Source: Octopus vulgaris (lineage: Eukaryota). Taken from it: a stretch of DNA of 64,000 nt. Below are positions 25,514-38,907 of this stretch, piece after piece. The stretch is taken from positions 185,380,001 through 185,444,000 of the forward strand of contig OX597815.1 of NCBI GenBank assembly GCA_951406725.2, in the 5' to 3' direction. The notes beneath the pieces are model-generated. The model saw only the letters and a program-made list of their open reading frames with translations, ran no database searches and was not told where the DNA came from. Within the stretch, counting starts at the first letter, position 1. Each line of letters starts with the position of its first letter. Both the position numbers and the translations under genes were made by a program.

Positions 25514-27507
25514 TATAATAATTCATTTTAGCTGTTTCCAGTTAGGAATAGGGAATCATAAACCAGTGTGTTTTCATGAATTCACCATCCAAGTAAAACC
25601 AAGATAATGACAGCAATAGATATGATGATGATGATCATGATATTGAGGGTGGGTAGTGATAATTAGACGTGATCGATATGAAAATGTCCTTTGTAAGAAT
25701 AAAGGAAATTTGTGGAGGGTTAAAATGAATTGCTTATCTAAATTCTCTTGGGAAATAATCTCTATATTTTCATAGCAGCCGAAGAATTTTTTTACTAATC
25801 TTTGACATCATCAATTCAACTTTCCTGTTATTGCAGTAACGTTCTATCATTTAATCCTAAATATGTTGATCACTTACACAAACAAGAAAAACATTATTTG
25901 GTTAATGAATTTGCACACTTTACACTTTAACAGGAAGGAAAAATGTTTATTATTTGCTTTTTAAAAGGCTGAGCTAGACAAACACTTTCTCACAGATACC
26001 GAATGAATATCTGAAATTACCATATAAGTAAAGGACATCTAGTAAAAATCTGAAGTGTTAAAAATTTATTGATTATTTCAAAGTAGTTGCTTCATTATTA
26101 GAAGCCAGCACAGACAGTGGGTTTAATGTCAATGTTGGAATTCTAATCATAACACCAACGCAGTCTTAGCTACATAGACTGATTTCAATGTTTTTCTTTT
26201 AATATTTCTTCTCTCATACTCTAAAAATTATTAAAATTAAGACGCAAATTTTAGAGATTTTTAATATAAAATTGACAAGAATTTTGGTCTGACCCAGACT
26301 TTATTCAAATTTTTTGTTTATATTATTTGTTTCGCTTTATAATGTATGTTTTTAAAATGATCAAAGTAAAACTGTATATATATATATAATTACTTAGTCA
26401 GAAAATGAAAAACAGTACCTATGAAATTTTACCGAGTTTTCGAAACTGGTGGTGACGAGTAAGAAAAGAGCTTGTACTCGAACTGGAGATTTGACCTGAA
26501 TGCTTCCAATAGCGTTGACTCCGAACTTTGGATTAGGTCCACCTCGTAAGAGCAAGTATGTTCTAACATGTTTCTATGCAGTTTCCGTCTACCAAATTTT
26601 TTCTTAGTGTTTGGGTCAACTCGAGATCATGACAAGATATTTGCCATAAATACTGACTTATTTCATGTAATACAAAGTCTTTGATCTCAAAACGATGAAT
26701 AGTATAAATGGTGAGTTTAAACCGTATAACCATTCTAATTTAGGTAAGTTCTACTTATTTAGAGTTCTAGTAATTAAGCCCAACATATGAAATCGACTTT
26801 CAGGTTAAGTAATTTTATGAATATTTATATATTATATTCTTAGCGCATCTAGGCAGGTTCAGACGCAAAATATGCTAGGCGCTGTAGTGCAAGTCTTAGA
26901 ACAACTACTTCTCTCTTTTGGGAAACTGTGTGTTCAACAAACTCATTTCGTTGGTGCACGGCATTCTAGGACACTGGTGTATTTCTTCAACCATAATCAG
27001 CCGGAACTTTGAGACTAACCAAAGTTGTTGTCTTTGTGTACGCTTTCGGCGATTAGAATTGTTTGTTGGCCGGTACTTGATAGATTAATCTGTTTTTGAG
27101 AATAGTTTTGTAACTGGCAAAGTTACTAAAGTCACTTCGTGATCAGCTGCGATTAAATAAAATCGAATTGTTTGCCAGTTTCCAAGTTCAATAAACAAAA
27201 TTCTGGCCATACTACCATCTCTTTTAGTTTAGAAGCTAGTCAGCTTTAGAAATGTTAAGTTACCATGACAACAACATATTGCCACTGCCTACAATCAAAT
27301 CAGGGTAGACCAAAGATATAGACTCTGTGCAATTGCATGATCTGCTAAAAATAGCAATGAAATCGCCGTTTTAGAAAGGAAGGGCATCACATAACGTTGC
27401 TCCTGAAAACAATTGCCATGGTCTCTACTAAGGCTACCTTTATTCATTGGTCTCATTGATGAAGGCACAACATAATGCAAAGAACCAGCAAGAATAATTA
27501 GGACTCT

Positions 27508-27661
27508 TGTGTCAGTCGCTTGACTGCGGCCATGCTGGTGTACGGTTTTTTGTTGACCAAATCGACCCCAGAATTTATTCTTTGTAAGCCTAGTACGGGG
27601 ACGCAAACACACTAGCATCGGTTCTCAAGTGATGTTGGGGGGACAAACACATACACAAACG

Positions 27662-27695
<34 letters not shown>

Positions 27696-27878
27696 ACATA
27701 TATATATATATATATGACAGGCTTCTTTCAGTTTCCGTCTACCAAATCAACTCTCAAGGTTTTGGTCGGCCCGAGGCTATAGTAGAAGACACTTGCCCAA
27801 GGTGCCACGCAGTGGGACTGAACCCGGAGCCATGCGGTTTGTAAGCAAGCTACTTACCACACAGCCACTCCTACGCCT
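27508..27878 (-). mobile_element. SINE family B
   Basis: Reverse complement of family B with (CA)n(TA)n spacer. Confidence 0.85.
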
Positions 27879-29715
27879 CTAGGACTGCATAAAATTTATT
27901 GGGATAATTCAACAAATACTGAGTGTTTCGGTTAGTTTAAAGACACAAGATAACTGAATGCGTTTACTTCATTTTTGATACATCAATTAAAATTGCGGTT
28001 TATCATGACTGCACTTCATTCCAAGATTCTCTCTTTCTTAAAGACTATATAAAATGACGAAAAATAATTCATTTTGTTGGTTAATATATCTTGAGTTTTT
28101 TTTTTTATGTGTTATTTTCGGTTATGACATTTGATGAACAATCACATTGGTTACAGGTTTCCAGAGAGCCACCTACTAGTTCACTGCATTTCTAACGACA
28201 TGCTATTGTCGTGCAGTTCGAACGGATCAGATACTACACAGCCATCTTTAAAAACGAACTTGATATATTTTTGCTTATTGTTTTGCTTTCTATTTTTATT
28301 TCCATCTTTTCGTCTCGTGCTGCGCTGGTATTGTTCGTATCTTTCTTGGACTTTTTTTCTTCTTTCCATTCATGGTTTTTTTTTCTTCCTAATTGCTATC
28401 ATGTTTTTCCTCGTGTACTTTACAGTCGTGGCTCCTGCTGATGCCTTTGAACATCAAATGATTAATCGGAATTAAATAAATGTCACTATTTAGAATAATG
28501 ACGGTTTAAATAAATCACTATCATCTATGTAGATCTAATTTTTTTCCTTTCCAATCATCATTAACTTTTCTTTTGTCCTTTTCTTCTTTCCATTATATCA
28601 TTTGTGTAATATTGCAGCAGTTAGAAAGCAAAATAACAAAGTTAAAATAGTGAACCAAGATATATCCAAAATGAAGCAAAACTAAATGTAAAAAAAAATT
28701 GATAAATACGTAGGTATAGAAAAATATAGAAAAATACGATGAAAAGAAGCAATAATTCAAATTAAAAGATAAAATGTAAACTAGAGACAGTATTAGAAGT
28801 TGATATGTTAAAAGTGAACAAAAGCTTGTGGAAATTTGGAAAAGAAATATTCTGACGTTGATGGGAAAATTTACGGGAAAGCGAATCGAAAAAGAAAATT
28901 AAAAGTCAGGCGAGGAATTTGTTCATTGACCTGGAAGTACAGCGTTGAGTGATTTCTGTTTTACTTTTTATTTCGTAAGAAGAGAAATTATATATTTTTT
29001 TTTATATTTCATGCTAACATTTATTGCTATGTTCTTTTATAGAACATGCCCCATTATTTCTCGCTTTTTTTAGTGTGTATCTTCATGTATGCATGTGTGT
29101 GTGTATACATTGCATTCATCTGCAAACTAATGATCAAATACTTTAGAATATGCTCCCCTGAGCATAACATTGCAGCGCCATGTGCTGAACAATATTACTT
29201 TTAGCAAATAAAATTTCTTTTTTACATTTTGGTTCGAGGTAACATCAATTCACAGAGAATATATCTTGATTTTTCTCATTTTCTTTTTATTCAATACCTT
29301 TTTAAAATTTGTTTACGTTTCATAGCTTTACATATACATCTATACAGAAAGTTCTATAATACATTTTATGTAATTTGTTCCATATATGATACCAATAAAA
29401 ACAAATATCTGAATAAATCGAAAAAGAAACAAAACGTACGGATCGTAAGCAAGTAGTATTAAAAGAATTAATTTCTAAAAAACTACTGTTTTGTTGCATT
29501 ATATCTATGTGATATGGATAGAAAACGCTTTCTTTTAGACATTTCTTTTGAATCGTTGATGCCATTTTACTTTTTCATAATCTTTAAAGTGCAGATTGTC
29601 TGGGTGACTTTTCTAATCAAAATACGAATGGCATTTTACAGTCAATGCAATTTTGAAAAACCTAACATACTTAGTATCAAATACTTCTGCAGCATCAATA
29701 CACACGCATAAAAGC

Positions 29716-29758
<43 letters not shown>

Positions 29759-29773
29759 AATATACTTAATTGG

Positions 29774-29836
<63 letters not shown>

Positions 29837-29869
29837 TCTCTCTCTCTCTCCCTCCCCGTCTCACATCAC

Positions 29870-30790
29870 AAGCACAGTGATGAGGTTAAGCTCGCAAAAC
29901 GCAATACAATTGACAGAACATTTAAAGATGAAGCCTCTACAACTTTAAAGGATCGCGAACCCAACCTTACAAAGCCTATCTGTAGAGTTATAAACCCCAC
30001 TAGGATAGCGATAGGGTCAGAAACCAAAAGAAAATACGAAGACACATTGATAATTCTATCAGAAAAACTATAAAACTGAAACAATCGGCAAATAACTTTG
30101 TCATGGACTGATTTAAGATCATAAACAATAAGCCTAAAGTTCGCACAATTTGATTCATTAGATTAATATCTCTTGATATAAAGATATAGTGAAACCTATG
30201 CAAGATAAATAATTAAAAAAACGATTTCTCCAGAAAACACGTGGCCATTAACCACAAAAAAAAAATAAGTTGATCGAGCAATCCTGTAAAAAAATTTTTT
30301 TTTAGTGTGGGTCTTTCTTGGATTAAGAAATTCTAACCGGATAAATTTTGACGTACCGATGGATTTGTAAGACAGTGCTGACACATGTGATCTACTAGGG
30401 ACTTTTTATACTAGTTATACGAAAACAAAACATGTCCCTCCACACTCTTGATATATCGAGAGGATGGTTAAGGAACGGTCATACTCTAGATACCTTTAGG
30501 AAAATCCTTATATTTGTCTTTAGCAGTATAGATCTGGAAATCATGTGGCTACGAGCCCCACTTTTTAGATGCTTCCCTGGACCTAGATCTGAAATTTTAC
30601 ATGCCCTATTTTAACCAAATGAAAAACAAGCATATATACAAACAATCTAGCCATTTCCGATCGTCTTTTAAAACCTTACGGATGACATTACTAATATCCA
30701 ACTACTCTTACTCCGAAAATATTTTCGGTAAGGCAGCCTCAACATATAACAGATCTCCGACCGCCAGTGATTTTAAAGAGATTTAGATTC
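29870..30790 (+). pseudogene. Old, decayed Penelope-like element RT, same type as the 43.6-45.5 kb element
   Basis: TTLKDREPNLTKPICRVINPT (cf. ITIKDHKENF..PKCRLINPA), FDVPMDL*DSADTCDLLG (cf. FDVSMGSYDGAGICDLIG), NGHTLDTFRK, FLDASLDL, SYSENIFGKAASTYN; many stops and frameshifts. Confidence 0.85.
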
Positions 30791-32130
30791 CGACCCGAGC
30801 AAGAGCAAAGCTTTGGAACCTTGAGGGAAAGTTAAGGGACACTTGGGTCGAAAATGTTCAATCTTGTTTTCTACTTGACACTCTATCATCATATGACTGA
30901 AAGGTAAAATTTATTCAAATTCCAAAAGCGATGGAAGAAAGTTCTAAAAGAAGAAAGCTAGAAAAAAAATTGTAAAACACGATTAAAATGTATTGTGTAA
31001 ATTCAAATAACACTGGTAAAAAAAAAAAAAACGAATTTATCTGACAACTTAATTTGGGTGTGTACATATAAGTATGTATGCCTTATGCCTGTGTGAGTGA
31101 GTGTGTATATGGGTGTGCGCGTGTGTGATATTAGCTATCTGTAAAACATTTTAAGACATCATACTTCAGTTCATATTACATGAAAACAATTAAAATTCTG
31201 AAAATGAAAAAGGTAGTTTTATTGATTTCTTCAAGATACCACGGCTTTTAGAGGGTTCCTAATGTTACTATAAATTGAATATCTAATTTTTTCATTCAAC
31301 ACATGTATTTTAATTTAGTTCTTATTTCTTTATTCAATTATTTATAGCTGTTTAATTTTCACCTCAATTTCAGCAACGAAAATAATATTCTTAAATTTAC
31401 ACCGTAATTTTGTTTAATTTTATAAATACTTGCATTATCCAACTCCTATAAATCATATCCACTTTTTCAAATCCAAAAACAGGAAATCTTTACACGAATC
31501 TAACTGGTGCACATTGTTTTGTTTTTTTCTCAAATATTGGTATTTTCTTTCCCAGGCTACTGATTTTTTTTTCGTTTTCATTCTTTTTCTATTTCAATTA
31601 AATCACTGTTGTTCACTTCATCATACCGAAAGTAGATTATTTTCTGTGAGTTATGTGGTTCAGCTTTATCAGATATAAAATGTTTTATGGTGCAAGACGT
31701 CACCAGTCGCATTGTGGCTGCTGTTCACTATATTAGTTACCTACTTTACAAAGAATTTATTCATCTTACTGTAATGTAAAGCAAAAAGAATGTATTTGAT
31801 TCTTTCATATTATGGACACACGGGTGAATATTTTGCTTTGAAATGACATCAAGAACAACACGAAGTAAAATATTGTCCCGTGTGTGTCAGTATGTTACAA
31901 TTTTTTTTTTTTTAAGAAATTGGTCTTCTGCAAATTTTATATATAGGCATACATTTATACACGTTTCTTTGAAACATACTCATATACATACAGATGCTAG
32001 TGGATGTAACATGCATTTGCATATGTGGATGATCGTAAATAGTTTAACACACATCTCTCTAAGCATAAATACAGATGTAAATATTTATACTGACAAGTCT
32101 GGATTAACACAAAAAGAACTCTACAATCAA

Positions 32131-32976
32131 CGGACTCGGCACTCTCTTCAGGACTCGGCGCCCTCTTCAGGACTCGGAACCCTCCACGGGTCTCGGCGCC
32201 CTCCTTGGGTCTCGGCACCTTCCTCGGGACTCGGCACCCTCCTCAGGACTCGGCGCCTTCCTCGGGTCTCGGCACCTTCCTCGGGTCTCGGCACCCTCCT
32301 CGGGACTCGGCACCTTCCTCGGGACTCGGCACCTTCCTCGGGACTCGGCACCTTCCTCGGGACTCGGTACCTTCCTCGGGACTCGGAACCCTCCTCGGGT
32401 CTCGGCGCCTTCCTCGGGTCTCGGCACCTTCCTCGGGTCTCGGCACCCTCCTCGGGACTCGGCACCTTCCTCGGGACTCGGCACCTTCCTCGGGACTCGG
32501 CACCTTCCTCGGGACTCGGAACCCTCCTCGGGTCTCGGCGCCTTCCTCGGGTCTCGGCACCTTCCTCGGGTCTCGGCACCCTCCTCGGGACTCGGCACCT
32601 TCCTCGGGACTCGGCACCTTCCTCGGGACTCGGCACCTTCCTCGGGACTCGGCACCTTCCTCGGGACTCGGCACCCTCCTCGGGACTCGGCACCCTCCTC
32701 GGGACTCGGCACCTTCCTCGGGACTCGGCACCTTCCTCGGGACTCGGCACCTTCCTCGGGACTCGGAACCCTCCTCGGGTCTCGGCACCTTCCTCGGGTC
32801 TCGGCACCTTCCTCGGGTCTCGGCACCTTCCTCGGGTCTCGGCACCTTCCTCGGGACTCGGCACCTTCCTCGGGACTCGGCACCTTCCTCGGGACTCGGC
32901 ACCCTCCTCGGGACTCGGCACCTTCCTCGGGACTCGGCACCTTCCTCGGGACTCGGCACCCTCCTCGGGACTCGGA
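32131..32976 (+). repeat. GC-rich 19-bp minisatellite, ~44 copies of GGACTCGGCACCTTCCTCG
   Basis: Direct tandem array with variants GGTCTC, GGAACC, GGCGCC, CCCTCC; more degenerate at the left edge. Confidence 0.97.
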
Positions 32977-33947
32977 AACACTTTAGCTTCGGGGAATACT
33001 TTTCTTTCTACAAAAGTCGAGAGCAACCAGCATTTGAACATTTCCTATAGTATTCTTTACGGCAGTGTCGATACTCAACAGAAACATTCTTGGCTTCGTA
33101 TAAAATTACTATTCATCGAATTAGCATATCTCATTAACAAACTAATCCAGAACTCATGGACTCGCTATTTCTTATCTCTGACTCTTCTGCCTCATCCGTA
33201 ATGGGCTCAGCGCATTTGAGCAAGTGACATGTACGCCCTCTTAACTCAAGCTTGCTGACATATTCGTTTTACCCCTCTTCGTTTCTACGACTCGCTACCC
33301 CAGACCCCACCCTAAACACTCTTTATTTCTTCCCCGATAGAGTTGTAACATTCTGGTATTCTCTCTTGGCTTTCTTTCTTATAGGCGTCGATTAGCAAAT
33401 GTTGAAAATTAATATCAAACCGATGTGATTCATCAATTTTGGAAAATGTGCAAATTGCACAGGCACTGTTCCTTTTCCACTCACTAATAAGGACAACAAG
33501 CGATTTAATTAGTCTAGAACACATGCTGGCAATCTGGAGAAAAAGGGTCAAATACATTCATTGTAGAAAAGGCAGAAACTTTAGTACGCTGAGGATCTAA
33601 TTTTCTTTAAAATTTAATTCTTCACATTAAAATATTTGTTAAATTCGCTAACAATTGTCTCGTATTCAGTTCCTGGAGTGATTCTCCACTTATTTTCGGT
33701 TGATTTTCATTATATTTTTGCTAAATAGTTCTTTTATGAGAAAACTTGCTAGGTGAAGTCACATATAATTCATTTGTTCCTGGATAGCGCAATTCTATCC
33801 TCTCTGAAACGGAAAAAACAATATCACATGAGCAATCACCGAACAATTTATACACATTAATAGGTTTTTATATCTTGTTCTGTCTTGCGTATCAAAAACG
33901 CTATTTCTTTTCTATCTGGAAACTGCCTAACTCTTTGATAAACCTTC

Positions 33948-34455
33948 GATTAATGTTGACATTATTACCCGGAAACAAAATTAAAATAAATAGTGTAACG
34001 AGTGTTAAAAAAAGTGAAAGAAACGAATAGGAAAACAAATTCCCGGAAAGCAGCGGGGATGGGGGAAGAGGCCTTCAGAAAATTCACAATATCCGATGTT
34101 TTTCCCTCATAACTTTTAGGAAAATGTCTTTTTTATATAATGAAATCTTATATATGTGTGTGTGTGTGTGTGTGCGTGTATAGATAGATAGTAGGACCCG
34201 AACCATTCAAAGAGATGTTTAGCATCTAAGTTTCTGAGGAAAAGCCTAATTTGTGATTTCAAAAGGATTATATTTTCCTCGAAGTTACGAGGGCAAACCA
34301 TCGGATCTTGTGCATTTTCCCAAGGCCTCTCCCCAGCCCCATTGCCTTCAGGGCATTTTTGTTTTCATATTCGTTTCGTACACCTTTTTTTTTCACCCAT
34401 TGCATTTTTTTTTTGTTTTCGATTTCGTTTCCTGGTAATAATGTCAACATTAAAC
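33948..34455. mobile_element. Non-autonomous DNA transposon (MITE/foldback) with ~180-bp imperfect TIRs and 8-bp TSD
   Basis: TSD AAACCTTC at 33940-33947 and 34456-34463; TIR G(A/T)TTAATGTTGACATTATTACC...; arms ~33948-34128 and ~34272-34455. Confidence 0.85.
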
Positions 34456-36267
34456 AAACCTTCACATGTACAAAAAAAAACGATAATATGCTGGTGAGTA
34501 ACTGATTTCTTGAAAATAAACAGCCGCCTTGCATACATTTCCTGTAGGGAAATTCTGTAACAAATACATAATTTTCATGTGATTACATCCACCTTCTAAT
34601 GTGCATATACGATTCACTCAGGGTATACCACAACGTAGACTGGGGATTCGATTTCGATTGCAGTCTGACGCAATCAGCTATTCCGCCCATCCATTAGAAA
34701 GCGGACGTTTTCTTTAACCACATTCAAGCGTACGTGGTTAAAGCAGGTGTAGTTATGGGCATAATTATTTGAATGCTTCGTTTTAGAAGAAAATCCCTGA
34801 ACATATTGGTAGCATTCAGGACATTCCAGACCGCTATAACGGCCATTAAAAGGGTTCATGCCTTACTTGTCCATATTTAGCTGCTTTTTTCTCTAGCAGG
34901 AATATTTTGCACATTAAATTCATCAAACCATAATGTTTTTTTTTTCTATTTCCATCTGTGATTTTCTAAATGCCAATAGTTTGTTATCTCAAGCTGCCGT
35001 TAAATTTTCCAAAATGTCAATTCCATATGATTTTACTTGCTTTCCATTTTCAATTTCGTTAATAGTTTTTTGTTGTTTTTTTTTTTCCATTCATCTAATA
35101 TTGTTGTAGGTCAACTTCGGAAGTGTTTTATTTCTAGCAAAATATTTGTCGACGAGTTTTCCATTTTAAATTTACAATGTCTCCTGAGGTTTCTATGTCG
35201 ACTATTGTCATACGGATACTCTTGCTAAGTTTATTTTAGTTGATGTTATCCGAATTCGATTCCTCTTACTGGTATTCTTCTACAAGATTATTATCGTTCC
35301 CAGACTAGACAGTAGACGTTTCTTCTTATCATTCCCTTTTATGGGCATATATAAAACTGCAGATTATCGTATTGTTCTTGAATTTGGTAAATCAATCGAT
35401 AGAAATATTTAAAACATTTATGAGGGAATTCAGGCAAATATCAAAACCACAAGAAATATTCTGTTTGAACAGCTTGGAAAAACCAGATGTAAATCCGGTA
35501 AATTGAGATAATCCGCTCAATAGAAATATAAATATTACAACATCAAAACCAAACTGAAACAGTTGAATTCAGTCTTTCCAAGTGAATTACAAAACAAAAG
35601 TGAACGCAGTTAAGAAGTAAATCTTGTCTTGGCTTCAATCCTATTACTGTATATTTTGTTGGAACCACCTCAAGCCATTAACTACTGTTTTTTTTTTTCA
35701 GGCACAATATTCCGTCATTTGATCTTGACAGGCACATTCAGAAAAAATAAACAATATATTAGGAATTTGGTTGAAGACAATTCATAGCTATGTGCTTCGT
35801 CCAATTAGCTGCAATGCTTACAGCAAAATACAAAGATTCAGCGTTGAGGTTTTAGAGTCTAATATCAAATTCACTTAGCTACTTCATATCATTAATATCG
35901 ACAATAGGTACTCTTACACGCTACAGCTTAGCTCAGAAAAAAAATGATATGTAGAAAAGCCTGTCTACATTGCCCAATCAGTAAAGTGGAGACGTTGTTC
36001 CTTTCTAAGTATTTCAAATCGATCTCGGACTTTATGAGACAACATAACACCAAATCAATTCGTATTGCTCCAAAATCACATTTCAATTAAATGCTGAGAC
36101 CTCAGAAGAAATAACGGCACGCCTGCTTACATAATTACAACACCATAGGTCTTTCTCTTTCCTTCTTTAAAAGAAATGAGACTAAAATGTTCATATGAAC
36201 AAACGCACATGCACTCACATAAGCATCGACTATATTAAAATAACGAGATATATATATATACACATAT

Positions 36268-36475
36268 GAGGCGAGCTGGCAGAATCGTTAGTACACCGGG
36301 CAAAATGCTTAGCGGCATTTAGCCTGTCTTCACGCTCTGAGTTCAAATTCAAATACCGCCGGGGTCGACTTTGCCTTTCATCATTTCGGGGTCGATAAAA
36401 TAAGTACCAGAGTACTGGGGATCGATGTAATTAACTATCACCTTCTCCCAAATTCCAGGCCTTGTGCCTATAGTA
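36268..36475 (+). mobile_element. SINE family A
   Basis: GAGGCGAGCTGGCAGAATCGTTAG head, B box and central core. Confidence 0.85.
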
Positions 36476-36511
36476 TCTCTCCTTGTTTCTCTCCTTGTTT
36501 TTTTCTGTGTA

Positions 36512-36549
36512 TCTTTCTGTCGAAGAGCGTAGGCTCGAAACGTAAAAGA
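36512..36549 (+). ncRNA. Minimal type I hammerhead-like motif (A6U variant), same family as 1850-1887
   Basis: TCTTT | CTGTCGA | A | GAGC gtag GCTC | GAAA CG TA | AAAGA; element ~36476-36641 ends at (TA)n. Confidence 0.65.
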
Positions 36550-36875
36550 CTTTTTCTATTCCTGAGTGCTATACTAATACATTTGTTTGTTTGTACTCCA
36601 TCTGCCTTGGTCTTTTGTTTATTTTCGTAAACTTCCCCTTATACATATATATATATATATATATATAGATATATATATATATGTATGCATCTTTTATTTT
36701 TTATTAGTCTGCGGCCATACTGGAGCACTTCCTTCGGAAAATTTTAGCCGAATGACTCGAACTCCAGTATTTTTAAAGCCTGTTATTGTATCATTCTCTT
36801 TTGTCAAATCGCTAGGTTACGGGGATGTAAATACACCAACACTAGTTGTCAAGTGGAAGTGGGAGACAAACACAA

Positions 36876-36934
<59 letters not shown>

Positions 36935-36940
36935 TACACA

Positions 36941-36976
<36 letters not shown>

Positions 36977-37109
36977 AGAATCAAACTCTTGTAAACTGTG
37001 TTATGATTATTGTTCACAACAGATCATGTGCAACGTGCGGAAAGGTGTGCCGTTCAGTTGCTGTGACACCTGTTTCTTCTTCCAGCCAGAACAGCTGTGC
37101 ATTATGCAA

Positions 37110-37619
37110 CATGGGTGCCTATATCAAATGCCTGGAGAAAGTAGTGCTGACCTGGCTCAATTGGGTAGCTGCTAGAAGACCCTATATCTAGCAACAGGAC
37201 TCTGCACCATGCCACACAAGCAGGAGAACCTAGCCATGGCTGCCAGACTATTTCTGCATCCACATCACCCCTAACATCTGGCCACCTAACTCCCCAGACT
37301 GTAACCCCACTTCATTATGAGTGGGGAGCAGTTGAGTGAGAGACCAAATAAATTCCTTGTAACATCAAAGATGAACTGAAAGCAAGGACTATGGCAGCAT
37401 TCACCAATTTCAACAAGGAGGCGGATCAGAAGAGTTGTAGGAAATTCCAAAGTCATCTGGATGCCGTAATGAAGCCAATGGCAATTTTATTGAATAATAT
37501 ATTCTCTTAAGTATTTCAAGATATTTTTATGTAATTTTGGTAAATACATCTGTTAAAATGAGATGTAAGTGTTATTTTAATTTTTGCGTAATTTAGACGA
37601 CAGTTTATTCACAGCACCG
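37110..37619 (+). mobile_element. 3' part of a DD37D (maT-type) Tc1/mariner transposon
   Basis: YIKCLEKVVL.W...PYI*QQDSAPCHTSRRT*.WL...IWPPNSPDCNP; 37 residues between the catalytic D positions; ends ...TTCACAGCACCG|TA. Confidence 0.8.
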
Positions 37620-37706
<87 letters not shown>

Positions 37707-38207
37707 GTGTGTTGTGTTTATGTGTGTTTGTGTTTGAAGCATTACTAATTAAGTCTAAGACACTTATTCTTAAAATTGTCATTATAAATAGAATTGATCT
37801 TTTGTTAATGAGATTTCTAATCAGGAAATGTCAAGCAATTGTCTAATTGTATATGTTGCCTCCTCACATATACATAATCATTTACATATAATCATGTACA
37901 TGTGTGTATGTGTGCGTACAGTTATAAGTATGTGTATTGCGATGTGCAATGCACATCGTGCATAAACATATGCGAATCTGTTTAATAGGTCAACCAATAT
38001 TCATTAAATGGTCATGCACACACACACACGCATATATATATATATATATATACACTAAATATATAAACTTCAAATTTCCGCATTAAGGCACGGGTTTGAG
38101 ACACCATGGTCGTAACCTCAACCGTGATTTTTCTGTTGTGATTTTTGCTACCCAGGTATCGGTTATCTTTTGAATAATCCGTAACAAGATAATTCATTTA
38201 TCCATTT

Positions 38208-38252
<45 letters not shown>

Positions 38253-38255
<3 letters not shown>

Positions 38256-38905
38256 AATTTGGGGATAAACAAATTAGACACATCAATATTTAAAGTATAT
38301 TAAATGCATCAAATAGAACATATGTATACATATAAAAAGATCCAGCTTACACAGAGTACAAATGACAGAAGAAATGAAATGAATGGAAAGTCCAGCAGCT
38401 GTTTCTTGGGGCTCGGCGATTGTAGATTTAGTGCATCAGAAAATGCAGTCATGGATGCATTTAACATAGGAAGTTAGACCTTCCCTGAAGATGGAGGCTC
38501 GTTTCATCCCATGTTAAATGCATCCGTACGGCTGCATTTTCTGATGAACTAAATCTACAAACGTTACGGATCGCTGAGCCTCTAGAAACAGCTGTTGGAC
38601 TTATAATTCCTTTCTTCCACCCATTTAATTTTTTCTGTCATTGTTTCTGTATAAGTTGGACCGTGTTTATATGTATACATACATACATATTTTTTATTTG
38701 ATGTATTTAATATATTTCATATATTGATGTCTAATTTGCTTATCCCCACATTTACTTCTATACACGCTCACCCTGATCCATCTTATGCCTGTCTTTACCT
38801 TGTGGAATATCCCCTGTAAAGATATCGAAGTCTAAGTTTGAATCTTTTGAGCACTACTAAGTGTATCCTTTATGGAGAACATCTTGATGTCAACTGTGAA
38901 ATATA
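38253..38905. mobile_element. Non-coding PLE-like element: ~220-250-bp diverged inverted arms plus tail, flanked by (TA)n
   Basis: 38253-38471 is the inverted repeat of 38505-38755; the forward copy continues ~150 nt; contains an HHR. Confidence 0.75.
38482..38599 (+). ncRNA. Type I hammerhead ribozyme with canonical core and 73-nt insertion in loop II
   Basis: TCC | CTGAAGA | TGGAGGCTCG (38492-38501) ... TGAGCCTCTA (38575-38584) | GAAA CAGCTG TT | GGA; 10-bp stem II; stem III palindrome ACAGCTGT. Confidence 0.75.
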
Positions 38906-38907
38906 TA

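Noticed and set aside
32131-32976. CRISPR-like appearance of the array
   Set aside because: No unique spacers, no cas genes, eukaryotic context.
31843-33201. 452-aa ORF and five overlapping ORFs
   Set aside because: Open only because the 19-bp unit has no stop codon in any frame; the flanks do not look coding.
38541-38599. Alternative HHR using CTGATGA at 38541
   Set aside because: No proper stem I or II; the upstream CTGAAGA gives a 10-bp stem II.
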